From the human T2T-CHM13v2.0 reference genome, Homo sapiens, in the NCBI RefSeq assembly GCF_009914755.1, contig NC_060930.1: a stretch of DNA of 64,000 nt. One strand, 5' to 3'. Positions 15,726 to 28,231 of this stretch are shown here, one piece after another; position 1 is the first letter of the stretch; every line of letters starts with the position of its first letter. Below the pieces are notes generated by a model. The model was not told the DNA's origin and searched no databases. It saw only the letters and a list, made by a program, of their open reading frames with translations. A program made the translations under genes and the position numbers.

Positions 15726-16019
15726 CTCTGTATCCAGACTGCTGGACTCTGTTTCTGAATATATGTGATGTACAAGTGTTAACATAATAGTGATTTTTTT
15801 TCTCTCATGTTTGTTATTGTCCAATGATCTGGCTATGCCATACCACAAATATGAATAACAGTGGGAAAATGCAGTTAATTTACAAAATACATTCAAATAC
15901 ACTTATGTTTGGTATTATATACACAAAATATCTGTATGGATGATAGAATCTTTTTGTTTTCTTTACCAGTATGTTTTGTGTTTGTTTTAGCAGCCATTTA
16001 AGTGTTTTCTTACTGTCAT

Positions 16020-16521
16020 TGTGACAATTAACTTCATGTGTCAACTTGACTAGGCTGCAGGATGTGCAGGAGTTTGGTTAAATGTTATTCTGGGCATGTC
16101 TGTGAGGGTGATTCTGGATGAGATTCGCATTTGAATTAGTACACTGGGTAAAGCCAATTGTTCTCAATGTGGATGGGCCTTATCCAACCCAGTGGAGGTG
16201 AGAGTAGAACAAAAGGCAAAGGAAGGGAGAATTTGCTCTCTCTGACTGAATGTTTTTGAGCTGGGACATCAATTTTCTCCTATACTTGGACTTGAACTTA
16301 CACCATTGTCTCTCCTAGGTATTCATCTTCCAGAAGACATATTATGGGAGCTCTCAGTCTCCAGGATCATGTGAGTTCTTTATAGTTAATCTTTCTCTCT
16401 CTAATTAGTATTAATATAATATTATTATAATTAAAATATATAAAAAGATTTTTATATAATAGAACCTATCTATCTATCTATCTGTCTGTCTGTCTGTCTC
16501 TCTGTCTGTCTATCTATCTAT

Positions 16522-16579
<58 letters not shown>

Positions 16580-16632
16580 ATTTGTACCATCTCCTGTTGT
16601 TTCTTTTCTTCTGGAGAACCCTGATTAATACA
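16020..16632 (+). mobile_element. MLT2 (ERVL) solo LTR
   Basis: TGTG...TTCATGTGTCAACTTGACTAGGC start, CTGGAGAACCCTGATTAATACA end, 5-bp TSD GTCAT/GTCAA. Confidence 0.9.
16466..16579. repeat. Compound (TCTA)n/(TCTG)n tetranucleotide STR inside MLT2
   Basis: TCTA and TCTG blocks with a long terminal pure TATC run. Confidence 0.95.
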
Positions 16633-17799
16633 GTCAAGTAAATCAATAAAGAAAGAAGAAATAAAAGAGTGAGTACTGTGTAAATCAGTCAAAAGGGAGC
16701 ATGAAAGTGATATACTATTTATCATAATGTTCTTTCTTCTCTCCTCTTTCATCAACTTTTTCAAATTTCTCCAAAGCTACTTCCTGAATCTTTATGAGAA
16801 TTCATTTCAAATTTGGGCCAATAAAATATGTCTGCCTGAGGTAGTGATTAAACATCCATATTGAAAGGTCTACAGTGGTAATTCCATGGAAAAGAAACCT
16901 AATTAATTGTCACAGGCTTTTTACTACTTCTCTGCTTTAAAAAGTAAAGCCATAAAAAGGGTTGCCTCAGGCTCTCCAAAATGCATGTCAATATGGATTG
17001 TAAAAGCTGATGTTAAATCTTAAAGCACTTATTTATTTAAGAAAATGACATTTATTTTGCCAGCATTTCTTTACATTGCTAGGTATGTTGATTTATGTAT
17101 TAGGTTTATATTGTAATATTAACCATTATTGAGGCATAGTCAGAATTCAAGTTTATGACAAATTATAAGAAAATTCTTTATGGAGATCGCTTCAAGATGC
17201 TGACAATTCCTGGGTAGAGAGGAAAATTATTGGTTGGCGTTGAAAGTCCTAAGCATCTTTCGCAGATTAAAGGTGGTTACATCAGCTCTGAAGAAAATGG
17301 TGGAAAGTTCCAAAAGGCTCTCAGCTGGTAGAAAAGACTCATAGAAAATAGAAGACAGATTTTTTTTTTTTTTTGCATGTTAGAAAACTGAAGCTGAAAA
17401 AGAGTGAAAACTAAAAGGCACACCTGGAAGTTAATTTCTTTGTAATGCTATTTTATTTGTAATACATTTGATAATAAATTACAGTGCTTGACATTTATAA
17501 TTACCATCTTTATTAGAACCATAGACTAGGACTTTTTGCATTGCCTCAGCATTGCCCCGTACTGGCACAACGAAGCACAAAGTACCTGAGAACACCCCTA
17601 ACTTCACAAAATCAGTAACAAAGGCTGCAAGATACCATTGACTGTCTCAGTGCAAAAGAGAAAGTGAGGAATTTCGGGGGAGTGAGGATGGACTGGGTGG
17701 TGATACTGTAAGAATCCTTTATACACACTGCTGAAAGATTTCCGAGCTGCAGAATCTGAATCCTGTTTCAGTGTTATCATCCAGTGCATGGTGAGAGGT

Positions 17800-18420
17800 T
17801 TCTTGAGAGAGTGTGATGTGTGTTCATGCCCTGAAGCTGTGAGTGTGAGCAAAGACCGGTGACTGCTTCTGCTCTGCCAATCCCACAAAGTGCTGAAGGC
17901 TGCTGGAGGACCTGACATCAGTGGAGTGAGAAGGGACTGTGCAGTGTGGCTCAAGATAAGAGGATGCTGATATTCTCCTCTCGGTTCCTGTGGCTCTCTC
18001 AGTAAATGGGAAAGGACCTTAGCAGTCCCGCTAGTTTCACTGAAGGAGCAGAAATGTTAATGGAGGAGGCAGGACACAAATTGCCTAGGTGGAAACTGGC
18101 CAAATGAGGTCATAGCCCACCCCAGAATCCAAGCATTGGTACTGCTGACCCTCTTTGAGGGAATCCTCAGCAAACCACCCCCATCATCCAGGCGAAGACT
18201 ACCACAACTATTGAGGCTTCCAGCAGCAGGATGGACCATTTTGAGCCAAAGCAAGAAAAGGCTCTCTCCCCACCACCTACAAATAATCAGTCGATTAGGA
18301 AAATCTGCCCCCTTATCTCCATTCCCAATTATGAAAGAGCTAGACCTAGAAAAGGGGGGCAGAAGTAGGCAGCCTTGAACCAAACTTTCTTACCCCCTTG
18401 AATCAAACTTTCTGAACCCC
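17800..18420 (+). mobile_element. Probable ancient Gypsy-class LTR relic (MamGypLTR/LTR85-like)
   Basis: GC-richer island. GGGACTGTGCAGTGTGGCTCAAGATAAG...TGATATTCTCCTCTCGGTTCC and a purine block before GCCTTGAAC resemble MamGypLTR consensus as I recall it. No termini visible. Confidence 0.45.
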
Positions 18421-18429
18421 CAGTTCAGA

Positions 18430-18466
18430 CACACACATACACACACACACACAAACACACACACAT
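18430..18466. repeat. Imperfect (CA)n
   Basis: CA run interrupted by TA and AA. Confidence 0.9.
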
Positions 18467-18840
18467 ATACTCTAAGGTGTTAGAACCGGAGGAATATACC
18501 ATGCTTCCTCCTACAAGGCTAGTTGATAATGGCTAATGGGCCACAAAATTGAAGATTTATTGTGAAACAGGCTGAATTGTAATAACTAAAAAGTTTTTCA
18601 CCTAAAGTTATAGAATCTGTCCAAAATGTTAAAGCTTGAGTTGGAGACAATAATTAGAGAAAAATAAAACAACTTTGTATTTACATCTTCCTGGGGTGGT
18701 ACTCCTCAGTTAATCTTTTAAAGAAATTCCCTGGTTTAATAAAGATCTTCATTGAATTAAAATCAAGTTGCTTATTTGTCTATAGAGATTCATTCTCTAA
18801 ACTACAATTATAATATAAAGTAACATATAGTGGACAACTT

Positions 18841-19009
18841 TGTATGTAAAACATGATTATATTTTTCAAAATTTAATTTGTATCTTTTTTCCAATAATAC
18901 TACTTTTGAGCAAAGCAAAATATGATTACATTTTTGTATCTAAAACATAATTATATTTTTCAAAATTTAATTTATATATTTTTTTCAATAATGCTATTTT
19001 GGGCAAAAC
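18841..19009. repeat. Diverged tandem duplication, period 94 bp
   Basis: 18841-18916 aligns to 18935-19009 (shared ATTATATTTTTCAAAATTTAATTT). Confidence 0.9.
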
Positions 19010-20495
19010 GACTACTATGTTTTAAAAGAATCAGAGTAAAAGAATTAGTCATTCATTTTGAAATTCCCATGCCACAAAGAAGGTAAGTAAATTGCTCAAG
19101 GTCATGTTTTAAACTGATTTAGAATTGAAAGCATCATCAGTCACTCTACACAGTCTAAATAACAAAAGTCAGATTGATGAAAATGCATAATCAGCGAAAT
19201 GGACAATGGCTCTCACATATACAAATCGTGTATTACTAAGTAGGTAGATGCTCAAAAACACAAGGACACTATAAACCACCTCACACTGGTCTTGAAATGT
19301 TTTCTTTACTATTCCTTCTTTAGGTATCCCATAACCCTTTTAGTTCATCAACCATCTTGAAGAAAACACTTGATTCTACTATGCATATACTTTTATAAAT
19401 TTCCTCAAACTCAAATAAATTGAGACATTCGCTGGAGAAAAAAGGTCTGAAATCTTACAATTGCCAAATGAATGTACAGTATATATGTCTCCTATGTGGA
19501 GTTATTGGAAGTTTGAAATATTTCTGGGGATTTCATCATACTTTCTTGAAGATAGACATACCTGCAATTTATTTCTATTCTGATAGTGCTAAAGACCCTC
19601 ACAGAAAAAAAAATTCCAAGTAGCAAGATGATGAATAATATAGTTGTAACCATGAAAAGTGTACAAGAAATAGAAAAATTAAAACTGCAGTTGAGCAGAA
19701 TTTCATCTCCAGGCATAACGTCAAACTTCAGTTGCTGAAGCAGTAGAGCTTAGAGGTGGCGGGGGGATGGATGGGTCTAGGAAGATGATTTGCCAAGAGG
19801 AGAGGGGAAAAATCAGCAGAGGAAACAGCTTCTAAGTACGTGTTTTCTATCTTAGACTCAACACAGATGTTATCTTTTCCACACAAAATCCTAGGATTTT
19901 TTTTAACCCTCCAATAGCAGCTGCAGAGGGCATTCACAGACATTTGGACCTAAAAAATTTCATGTCTGCACCAGAAAACCACCCTTTTTGAATTTTCATT
20001 TTGTGCATATTACTGTATTTCTAAGAACAAGAATAGCTAAATCAATGGAAATGCTATTGGCATAGTTAATGTAGTAAAGATAGAATGCTTTTGCATTTTA
20101 AAGATCCAACCTGAAATTGAGTTCTTTGCAATTATTCTATTAACTCTAAACTAGAAAAAAAATCCAGATCAACCTGGGGAAATACAATGGTGTGGGATCC
20201 TGGACTACAAGACAAGAACCAGGACAACAAAGTACCAAAAAAGTTGAATAAGAAATAAGTCTGAGATTGCTCTATGCCATTTTCGTTAAGGTATTCTGAG
20301 TAATTAAAAGAAAAGGATGAGTAATGTTAGAATATTTGCACAATATTTGTAGTTGGCTAGCTATAGGCATATTTAACTGTTCCAAATGCTGTAGCGGTCA
20401 TTCATTACTGTGGATTCAATTCTTTTCAATGGAATTTTTTCCCTTATAAAATTCTAAGTGGAAAAAAAAATCACTTCAAATACTATGGAAGAGAC

Positions 20496-20985
20496 TGTTA
20501 GTTTTCTCCCAGTATATCTTTCCTTCTTCTACAATAACAGAACTCCAGTTTTTATCCTGGTACAATGTTAAAATGGTTACATAGATTAACTTTGAAATTT
20601 TCATGTACTCTTACTGCTAGGTGTAATCACATGACTAAGTTCTGGGCAATGAGATGTAAGAGAAAATGATGTGTTCAACTTCTGAGTCCTGGATAAAGAA
20701 GGTTGGGTCCTATTTTCTCCCACCCTGCTGGCTGGAATACGGATGAGGTGCGAGCCATAGTGAACTAGTTAGATTAGACCGAACCCGTAGTGATAGCCAA
20801 GCAACGAGGTTGAAGAGATCTGGGAGTTTGGCTCTGTGAAGACAGTATAACAGCCCTGGACTGCTTAAATTTGGGCTTCTTATACCCAAATTATTTACTT
20901 GAGAGAGAAATAAGTTTTGATTATAAGTACCATTATTTTGGGTTCCTTTTAGAGCAATTGAACCCAAACTCACATTCAACTAAAA
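20496..20985 (+). mobile_element. MLT1 (MaLR, J/K-like) solo LTR
   Basis: GCTAGGTGTAATCACATGACTAAGTTCTGGGCAATGAGATGTAAG core, GAGAGAGAAATAA and terminal region. Confidence 0.8.
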
Positions 20986-20989
20986 TAGG

Positions 20990-22360
20990 TATTCAATCAT
21001 TCAACAAATTGAATTGATATTTTAAGCCTGTGATATATCAGTCACTGTTCTAATGATGAATTTGATGGAAAACAAAACATACCAGATCCCTGCTCTTAAC
21101 AAAGTGAAGGCCTTCAGAAAATAATAAATAAAAATAAAACCATATGTAAGATAATTTCATCATGATAAATGCTATAAGCAAAATATAGTAATTAGAGAGT
21201 GAGCCATTGGGTATGTAAGGAGAGTACTTTCAATCAGTTGATTATGGACAGCCTCTCTGAGGAGTTGGCAATTAGGAAATCAGAATGATAAGAAGGAGTT
21301 AAATATCTAAAGATAGGAAAGAAGAGAGTTCTAGCAGAGAGACTGGTTTTTACCAAAGCCCCAGGCCATGAGCGTGCTTAGAGAGGGGAGAAAATTATAA
21401 ATAAAAGGAAGTGTCAGGGTCAGAGATCATGTAGGATTTTGTAATCAGGATAAGAAGTTTGCATTTTGTGTAATCCCAGAGGGCAACCATTAAAAGGCTT
21501 TAAACAGGGCAGTGTTAGGCTGTGATTTTTAATTTTTCCAAAAGACATTCTGTTGTCGAAGCAGGATATATGTCTAACAAAAACAATTCTCGGTGTTCAC
21601 TAAAACATGTTTTATTTTCCTCCTGGCCAGACAGAAAGGCTATGTTGTTGAGTCTGCCTTGCAATGAGGTCGGGTCATGTGATTGACTTCTGGCCAGTGG
21701 AATGTGGGTGGAAATGAGGGAGGCCACTTTAGGATCTGAACCTTACAACTCCTCATGTGATTGTGCTGCACTTCGAGGACTTAGGTGATGGTGGTGTCAC
21801 TGCTTGAAGGAACCCGGTCCCTGAATGACTGTATGGAGCAGAGCCTCCCTGTTAGAAATAATCCTTTACTGTGTTAAGCTGGAAGTTCAAGTATTGATTG
21901 TTTAAGCAGTCAGCCTAAGCTGACTAACACAGACTGCTAGTGTGGTAACTGAACAAGAAATGATAGTGGCTTGGACCAAAGGTACCACAGGACATATGTG
22001 AAGAGATTGGATTTGGGATATAATTTGAAAGTGGGTCAAATAGAACTTACTGAGGATAGGATGGAGCTAGCAAAGGCAGAAAATGTATATGTATATACGA
22101 TGATGATTTAGGATTTTTACCTGAGTGATTGTGTGGCTTGTGATTTCATTAGCTGTAGGGTGGGGGTCCAGATGGGGAAACCTAGGAATTAGCAAGTATA
22201 TGCAGAGTGAGGGGAATTAAGCATTGTATTCTGAATTTGATACATTTTGAGATACTTAATTTCCATCAAATGAAAATGTTGCATGCATGAATCTGTATCC
22301 CAGAAGAGAAAGAAGAGTTCAAGATAAAAATTGAAATTGTCATCCAATATTGGATGTGGA
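20990..22360 (-). mobile_element. L2, interrupted by an MLT1 LTR at about 21575-21930
   Basis: ATTCAATCATTCAACAAAT terminus. L2 body resumes after the LTR (GATAGTGGCTTGGACC, GGATTTGGGATATAATTTGAA). Confidence 0.75.
21575..21930 (+). mobile_element. MLT1 (MaLR) solo LTR
   Basis: GGTCATGTGATTGACTTCTGGCCAGTGGAATGTGGGTGGAAATGA core, ends CTGACTAACACA. Confidence 0.8.
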
Positions 22361-22829
22361 TTCAACCAACATTTGCATTCACAATCCTGCCCACAGAATT
22401 GGTTGTTTCTCATAAGCATGACTATCCCTTACCATTGTCTACTGCTTTGCTCCACAACACTTATAAAGATCCACCCATACAATTATATTAGAGAAGAATA
22501 TCAGAAAGACATAAGTCTGGACAAACAAGTACACATAGTGTAAAGAATTAGCTTATGGATAGACATGTAGGTTTAAAAAAGGTAAAATTCCATTCCTAAG
22601 AGAATGATGGCTGCCACCCAAGCGTTAAAGAAAAGGATAAGATAAGGAAATTGGGGACCTATTGAGAACAGCTAAATAGATTCTGCCTATTATTGCTGAG
22701 ATTATAGAAAGAGGAAGGAAGAAAAGGTGATCACCAAAGTCTCATTCCATTCACCACACTGTCAGCTTAGGCCACTGAGACAAGGACTGAAGTTGTCTGC
22801 AGCAACAGCTAAACAAAGAGACATCGATT

Positions 22830-22863
22830 AAAACAAACAAACAAACAAACAAAAAGCAAAACA
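22830..22863. repeat. (AAAC)n
   Basis: AAAACAAACAAACAAACAAACAAAAAGCAAAACA. Confidence 0.85.
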
Positions 22864-23194
22864 ACTGGCTAACATTTAAAGAAAATATTATTGTCACTAC
22901 TCTAAATATAAAATATGATCTTATGACAAAAATAAATTTGTAGTCCCACTGCTTCAAGATAGTTATTATTAACTCTGACACTTTTCTATAAATTATTCAG
23001 CATTTTTTTCTTTTCAAGAGTTAATATGATAGGAGAAAGTGCCATTTCTCTGCTTTGTTTTACGCTTTTGGTTAATAGTACATTACACATTCACCATCCT
23101 ATTTGCTATCCACTTATATTTATCTTTTGTTAATTAAATGATCTTATCTTTTGGCTTTGTTTTTAAAAATCAGCTTTTGTCTCTCTATTAAAGA

Positions 23195-23995
<801 letters not shown>

Positions 23996-25599
23996 TATTA
24001 TATTCAAATTTTCATTTTCAACTGAACACTAGTTTTAGGAGACTCCTTGAATACAAGGTAGTTCCTGGAAGAAATCATGAAGTAAACTTATTTTATTAAA
24101 TTCTACATTTAATGTCTTGACTTCACTCCTCTCTGACTCTTTCCTTTTATCCCATCTCCATTCCTTTCTCTCTTCACCACCACCTTCCCATTGTGGATAT
24201 GAGTGTCTGGTTTCCTTTACCAGCCCCCCTGCCGGCCCAACTGGCTCCTTCGTGGGAATTAGAAAGAGGCTATTATTTAAATGGCTGCAGTTCCATCAGT
24301 TCACAACTTGGCGAGAGGGCTCATTGTGGGGACCAGATAAAGGAATCCCTTCCTCCATGTGGATCCAGAGCCACACAGAGCATATGGCTTGGCAAGTGGA
24401 ATCTGGGCTGGATTTCAATCCCCCTTCATTCCCTTGGCGGGGTGCCCTTGTTCAATGAACTCTTTGTGCATGTTCACAGCTGGCTGGTCATTCACCAGTA
24501 GGCTCAGCTCATCTGCAACAGGACTCTGTGATACAAGGAAACATATAAGGATTCCCTAGCTCAGAGCTCAGTCCCTTGGATTCAGTAGCGAGTATTATTC
24601 TTGTTACTGGTTTTCCTTGCCTAAAAATGGACTCTCTTTACATGCCTGGTTCCCAATTACTGCTCAGTCCTACTGGGATTCCTTTGCTGAATGCATATAT
24701 CTTTATTGCTGACACTGTTTTTGGTAGCTTCTACTGCCTGAGCTTGTCTATCTGAATATTTATTTTGCTTTTTGGAGCCTTTGGTACATATTTGGTTCTT
24801 ATCATCTGAGTTTTCAGTTTCCTCTTGTGCTGATGTCTTACTGACTAGTGCTGGACAGGAGTATAGAGAGAAAGTGATATCAGAGAAATTATTAATAGCT
24901 GGAAAATTCATCAGATATACTGACTCTTCTGTCAGTCATTAGTTAAATATGTTATCATAAAAATAACATTTAAAAATATTCTTCAAATTCAAAGTATAAA
25001 AGAGAAAATCAAAATACTTGATAAAAAGACTTCCCTATATGTTTTAGGCAGTGCAGTCTCATTTTCTTTACAGGCTTTCTTTTTTCTAATTTCTGGAACT
25101 TGGAAGTATATTATATACTATATTTCATTGGGAATTCTTATAGTCTTACTACTCTTTCCACCAACACAATCAAAGATCTATTGGCCTTACTCAAGTTATA
25201 GCACTAAGCACTTTTGATATTTTGTTTTTCCAGAGTCCTTACATATAAAAAGAAACTTAAGTTGCACAGATCGATGTTGCTTAGACCTCTGTGTCATTTC
25301 CAACCAGATGTCTTTAAGGTTAAGAATAAAACTGGTGTTGTTTTTGTTTTCCACACTTGATATAAGCTTATAGTGTGGTTTCTGTGCCCTTCATTTGATT
25401 TCTTTTCTTGTTCCAAATGCAAAGAGCATGGATGATGTCAAGTTGGTGATTTATATTTCATGTTAATGATAATGGCAACTATAAAACCACTGTAAATGGT
25501 ATAGGCTCCTTGTTAGGTTTTTCTCATCTGAACTTTTATTTGTTGGACATAAAAATGAGTTTGAACATGTAAGAATGCTTAGTTGCATAGGTTAAATAG

Positions 25600-26070
25600 G
25601 TTATCTGGAGTCAGCTCAGGTGAATGACGAATGTCACCTCAGTTCTCTTGGCACGTGCTTCTTGTCCCAGCTGGGGGCAGTGATTCCTTAAAATCCTCTT
25701 CTTTCTGAGTGCCACTTCACAGTGCTTGGCTGAGGCTAACATCACTCACAAAATACGAATGGGGAACAAAAAACTAACTCTGGATGGTCAGCACTCCCCT
25801 TGACATTTCCAGTTCTTATTGACACTGCCCTAAATATTTCTACCTGTCTGGGCTTTGCACCTTGCCGGCTACATCCTTTATTCCCTGATTTATTTCTACA
25901 TGGAATTCACTATCTTGGTCAAAGTCAGCATCTGGTTCTTGTGAGCCTCCCCCTCATCCCGAGCTGCTGTCTCTCCTGCTTGGCTGGATGCTTGATCCAG
26001 ACTATTGCTGGCCAGCACTGTCCTGCTGCTGCCCAGTGTAACTGAGTCATGACTACATGGAAAAGCCCAG
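25600..26070. promoter_or_regulatory. Candidate enhancer-like motif cluster in unique sequence
   Basis: TTGGCA-CACGTG (NFI half site overlapping an E-box) at about 25648-25657, CTCF-like CCAGCTGGGGGCAG 25667-25680, TGAGTCA 26043-26049 next to TGGAAA. Motif evidence only. Confidence 0.25.
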
Positions 26071-26184
26071 AGTCGAGATTCACTTTAGAGTGAACATGAA
26101 GGAGGAGAGAGAAAGAGAAAGATGTTTAACAGGCTATTTTGGGTTATTATCAAAGTGAAGATTAAGATGACTTTGAAACTCAGT

Positions 26185-26445
26185 GGCACAGAGGCATTCA
26201 AAATGAGGGAGTAGGTGTGGAGGTTAAGGGTAAGTGGGTAAAGACCCCAGAGTGAATCCAATCTTGTCACTTTCTTTCGAGTATCATGGGCTGGTTCCTT
26301 AAACTCTGTGAGTCTCAGTTATCTCATTTGTAAAATGAGGAACATAATGTCTCCCTTATAGACGTGTAAGGATTACAGACATGAGGTATGTGATGCACTT
26401 AGCACAGTGCCCCACTCATAACAGGCATTCTGTAACTAGTAGCTC
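26185..26445 (+). mobile_element. MIR
   Basis: CTTAAACTCTGTGAGTCTCAGTTATCTCATTTGTAAAATGAGG...GCACTTAGCACAGTGCC. Confidence 0.85.
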
Positions 26446-26574
26446 AAAAGAACGGGTTCAAGAACTTTGGCCCTGGGCTTCTAAGCAATTTTCACTGAGA
26501 CTTTGTTCAAAACCAGTTGAGAGCAGATTGTAATATGTTTTTAAGAATGCAAATATAATCCTTTGAGTCTAACT

Positions 26575-26961
26575 TTGTTCTCTCTTTTTACTCAACTAAT
26601 TCAAGCCTCTGATCAAATGTTACTTCCTCGTAAACACCCTCTCCCCAACCGCCTTATATAACACAGCATTTCCCAAGTTTCTTTCCCCTTATCTTGATTT
26701 GTTTTCTTCATAGCGCTTACAAGCAGACATTTTATATATAAAAAAGCATATACATATATATACATTTTATATATATGTATATGCTTTTAATATATATGTA
26801 TATATGCTTTTAATATATATGTATATGTATAGCGCTTACAACCAGACATTTTATATATATAAAAAAGCACTTACAACCAGACATTTTATATATACATATG
26901 TATACATTTTATATATGTATATGCTTTTAATATATATGTATATGTGTTTATATGTGTATAT

Positions 26962-26992
<31 letters not shown>

Positions 26993-27140
26993 ATGTATAT
27001 GCTTTTTGTTACTGCTGGTGGTTGTCTCCTCCTCCAGCATCTAAGCTTCATGAAGCAAAAAGTTTGTTTTTGGTTTATTGCTATATCTCTAGTACTCAGA
27101 AAAATGTCTGGGACAAAGAAGGCATTCATGAATATTTGTT
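26575..27140 (+). mobile_element. L2 3' end containing a complex TA-rich expansion
   Basis: TCAAATGTTACTTCCTC, TTTTCTTCATAGCGCTTA, TAAGCTTCATGAAG, GAATATTTGTTGA terminus. Confidence 0.8.
26710..27007. repeat. Complex TA/TG-rich repeat with direct and inverted copies of flanking sequence
   Basis: Three copies of GC(G/A)CTTACAA(G/C)CAGACATTTTATATATA, repeated TATATGCTTTTAATATATATG, and (TG)n at 26970-26992. Confidence 0.9.
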
Positions 27141-28231
27141 GATATTCCTATATCATGTTTATGAATATATGGCATTTGTTATGGTGACTATCTGCAGCCA
27201 TCTATAGACAGAGTTACACATCTCACTGGCAGGGTATTTTCCTAGTACTCTTAGTTTAATTGACCATAAAAGTTCTTCTCTCTTAGAGAAGAGTGGCACC
27301 AACTCATGCCATCAAAGCAAAGAGTTCCCAGAGGACCTGACAGATTTCTTTCTGACTTGCTGCAATCCTAAAAGAAGCACAGAAGCATCACAGCTCCTTA
27401 AATTTTTGCCTGTCTCATCTCACACATGACCTGTGATGACAACCACAAAGGTGGGACTCCACAGGGGTCTGTGACTTTCTTTGTTGGCTTGCTTTTAGTT
27501 ATTCTTTGCTTCCCAATAAATTTGCATGGCCCTTTCTTCGCTTCTGGTCAGATGCAGTATTCTGCTTATTCTGTTTCAGTCTCGGGGCAATTTATCAGGG
27601 CTTGTTTCCCACTTGCTTCCAGTTACATATGCCTCCTTTATCTCATCATTCTTCAACTGAGTACAGAACAGGTTCTGGGGATTGATTGTTGGAGATCCTC
27701 ACATCAATGAGCAATTTGTTGTGCAGAGGCTGAGGCTGGGGGTTGGCAGATGAGGCTTCCAAGACTCTCGCAAATGAGACTCTTGTTCATTTTCCTCTTT
27801 CTGTCGAGCCCAATAAACACAAAATACAACTGCATTCAAAGGTGTTGTAGCTCAACTTATCTGCGTTATCAAAGGACACGTGAAGAACATCCTCACCTCA
27901 ACATTGTAAATGCAATTGTCACAATCTTGACAGGGCGTTGGAGTAAAAGTCTCTCCTGGAGATGAGGAGCAAAGGTGAGTGCTCTAGGTTGACAGTGGCC
28001 AATGAATAGATGTCTCCCTTGACACTCTTATACAAATATATTTTCTCCAAAGAGCTTAATGGTGTACAATATATTATTCTAATGGGATATGACTGCTTCT
28101 GAGAAAAGATGCTACTTGTTTGATAGAACTAGGATACTATTTTTTATTTCTTAACTATAACATGTCTGATTTTCTGTAACTTAAAATCCCATAGGATGAA
28201 AAAGAGTAGGTGATGCATAAAATACTTTATG

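Noticed and set aside
19075-19110. Perfect donor AAG|GTAAGT
   Set aside because: It sits in a MIR-like remnant (AGGTAAGTAAATTGCTCAAGGTCA) with no acceptor upstream
26710-26900. Repeat-spacer pattern superficially like a CRISPR array
   Set aside because: Mammalian DNA, only three irregularly spaced units, low-complexity spacers, and no cas genes
26804-27207. Tyr/Ile/Met-rich ORFs on both strands
   Set aside because: Translation of TA/TG microsatellite
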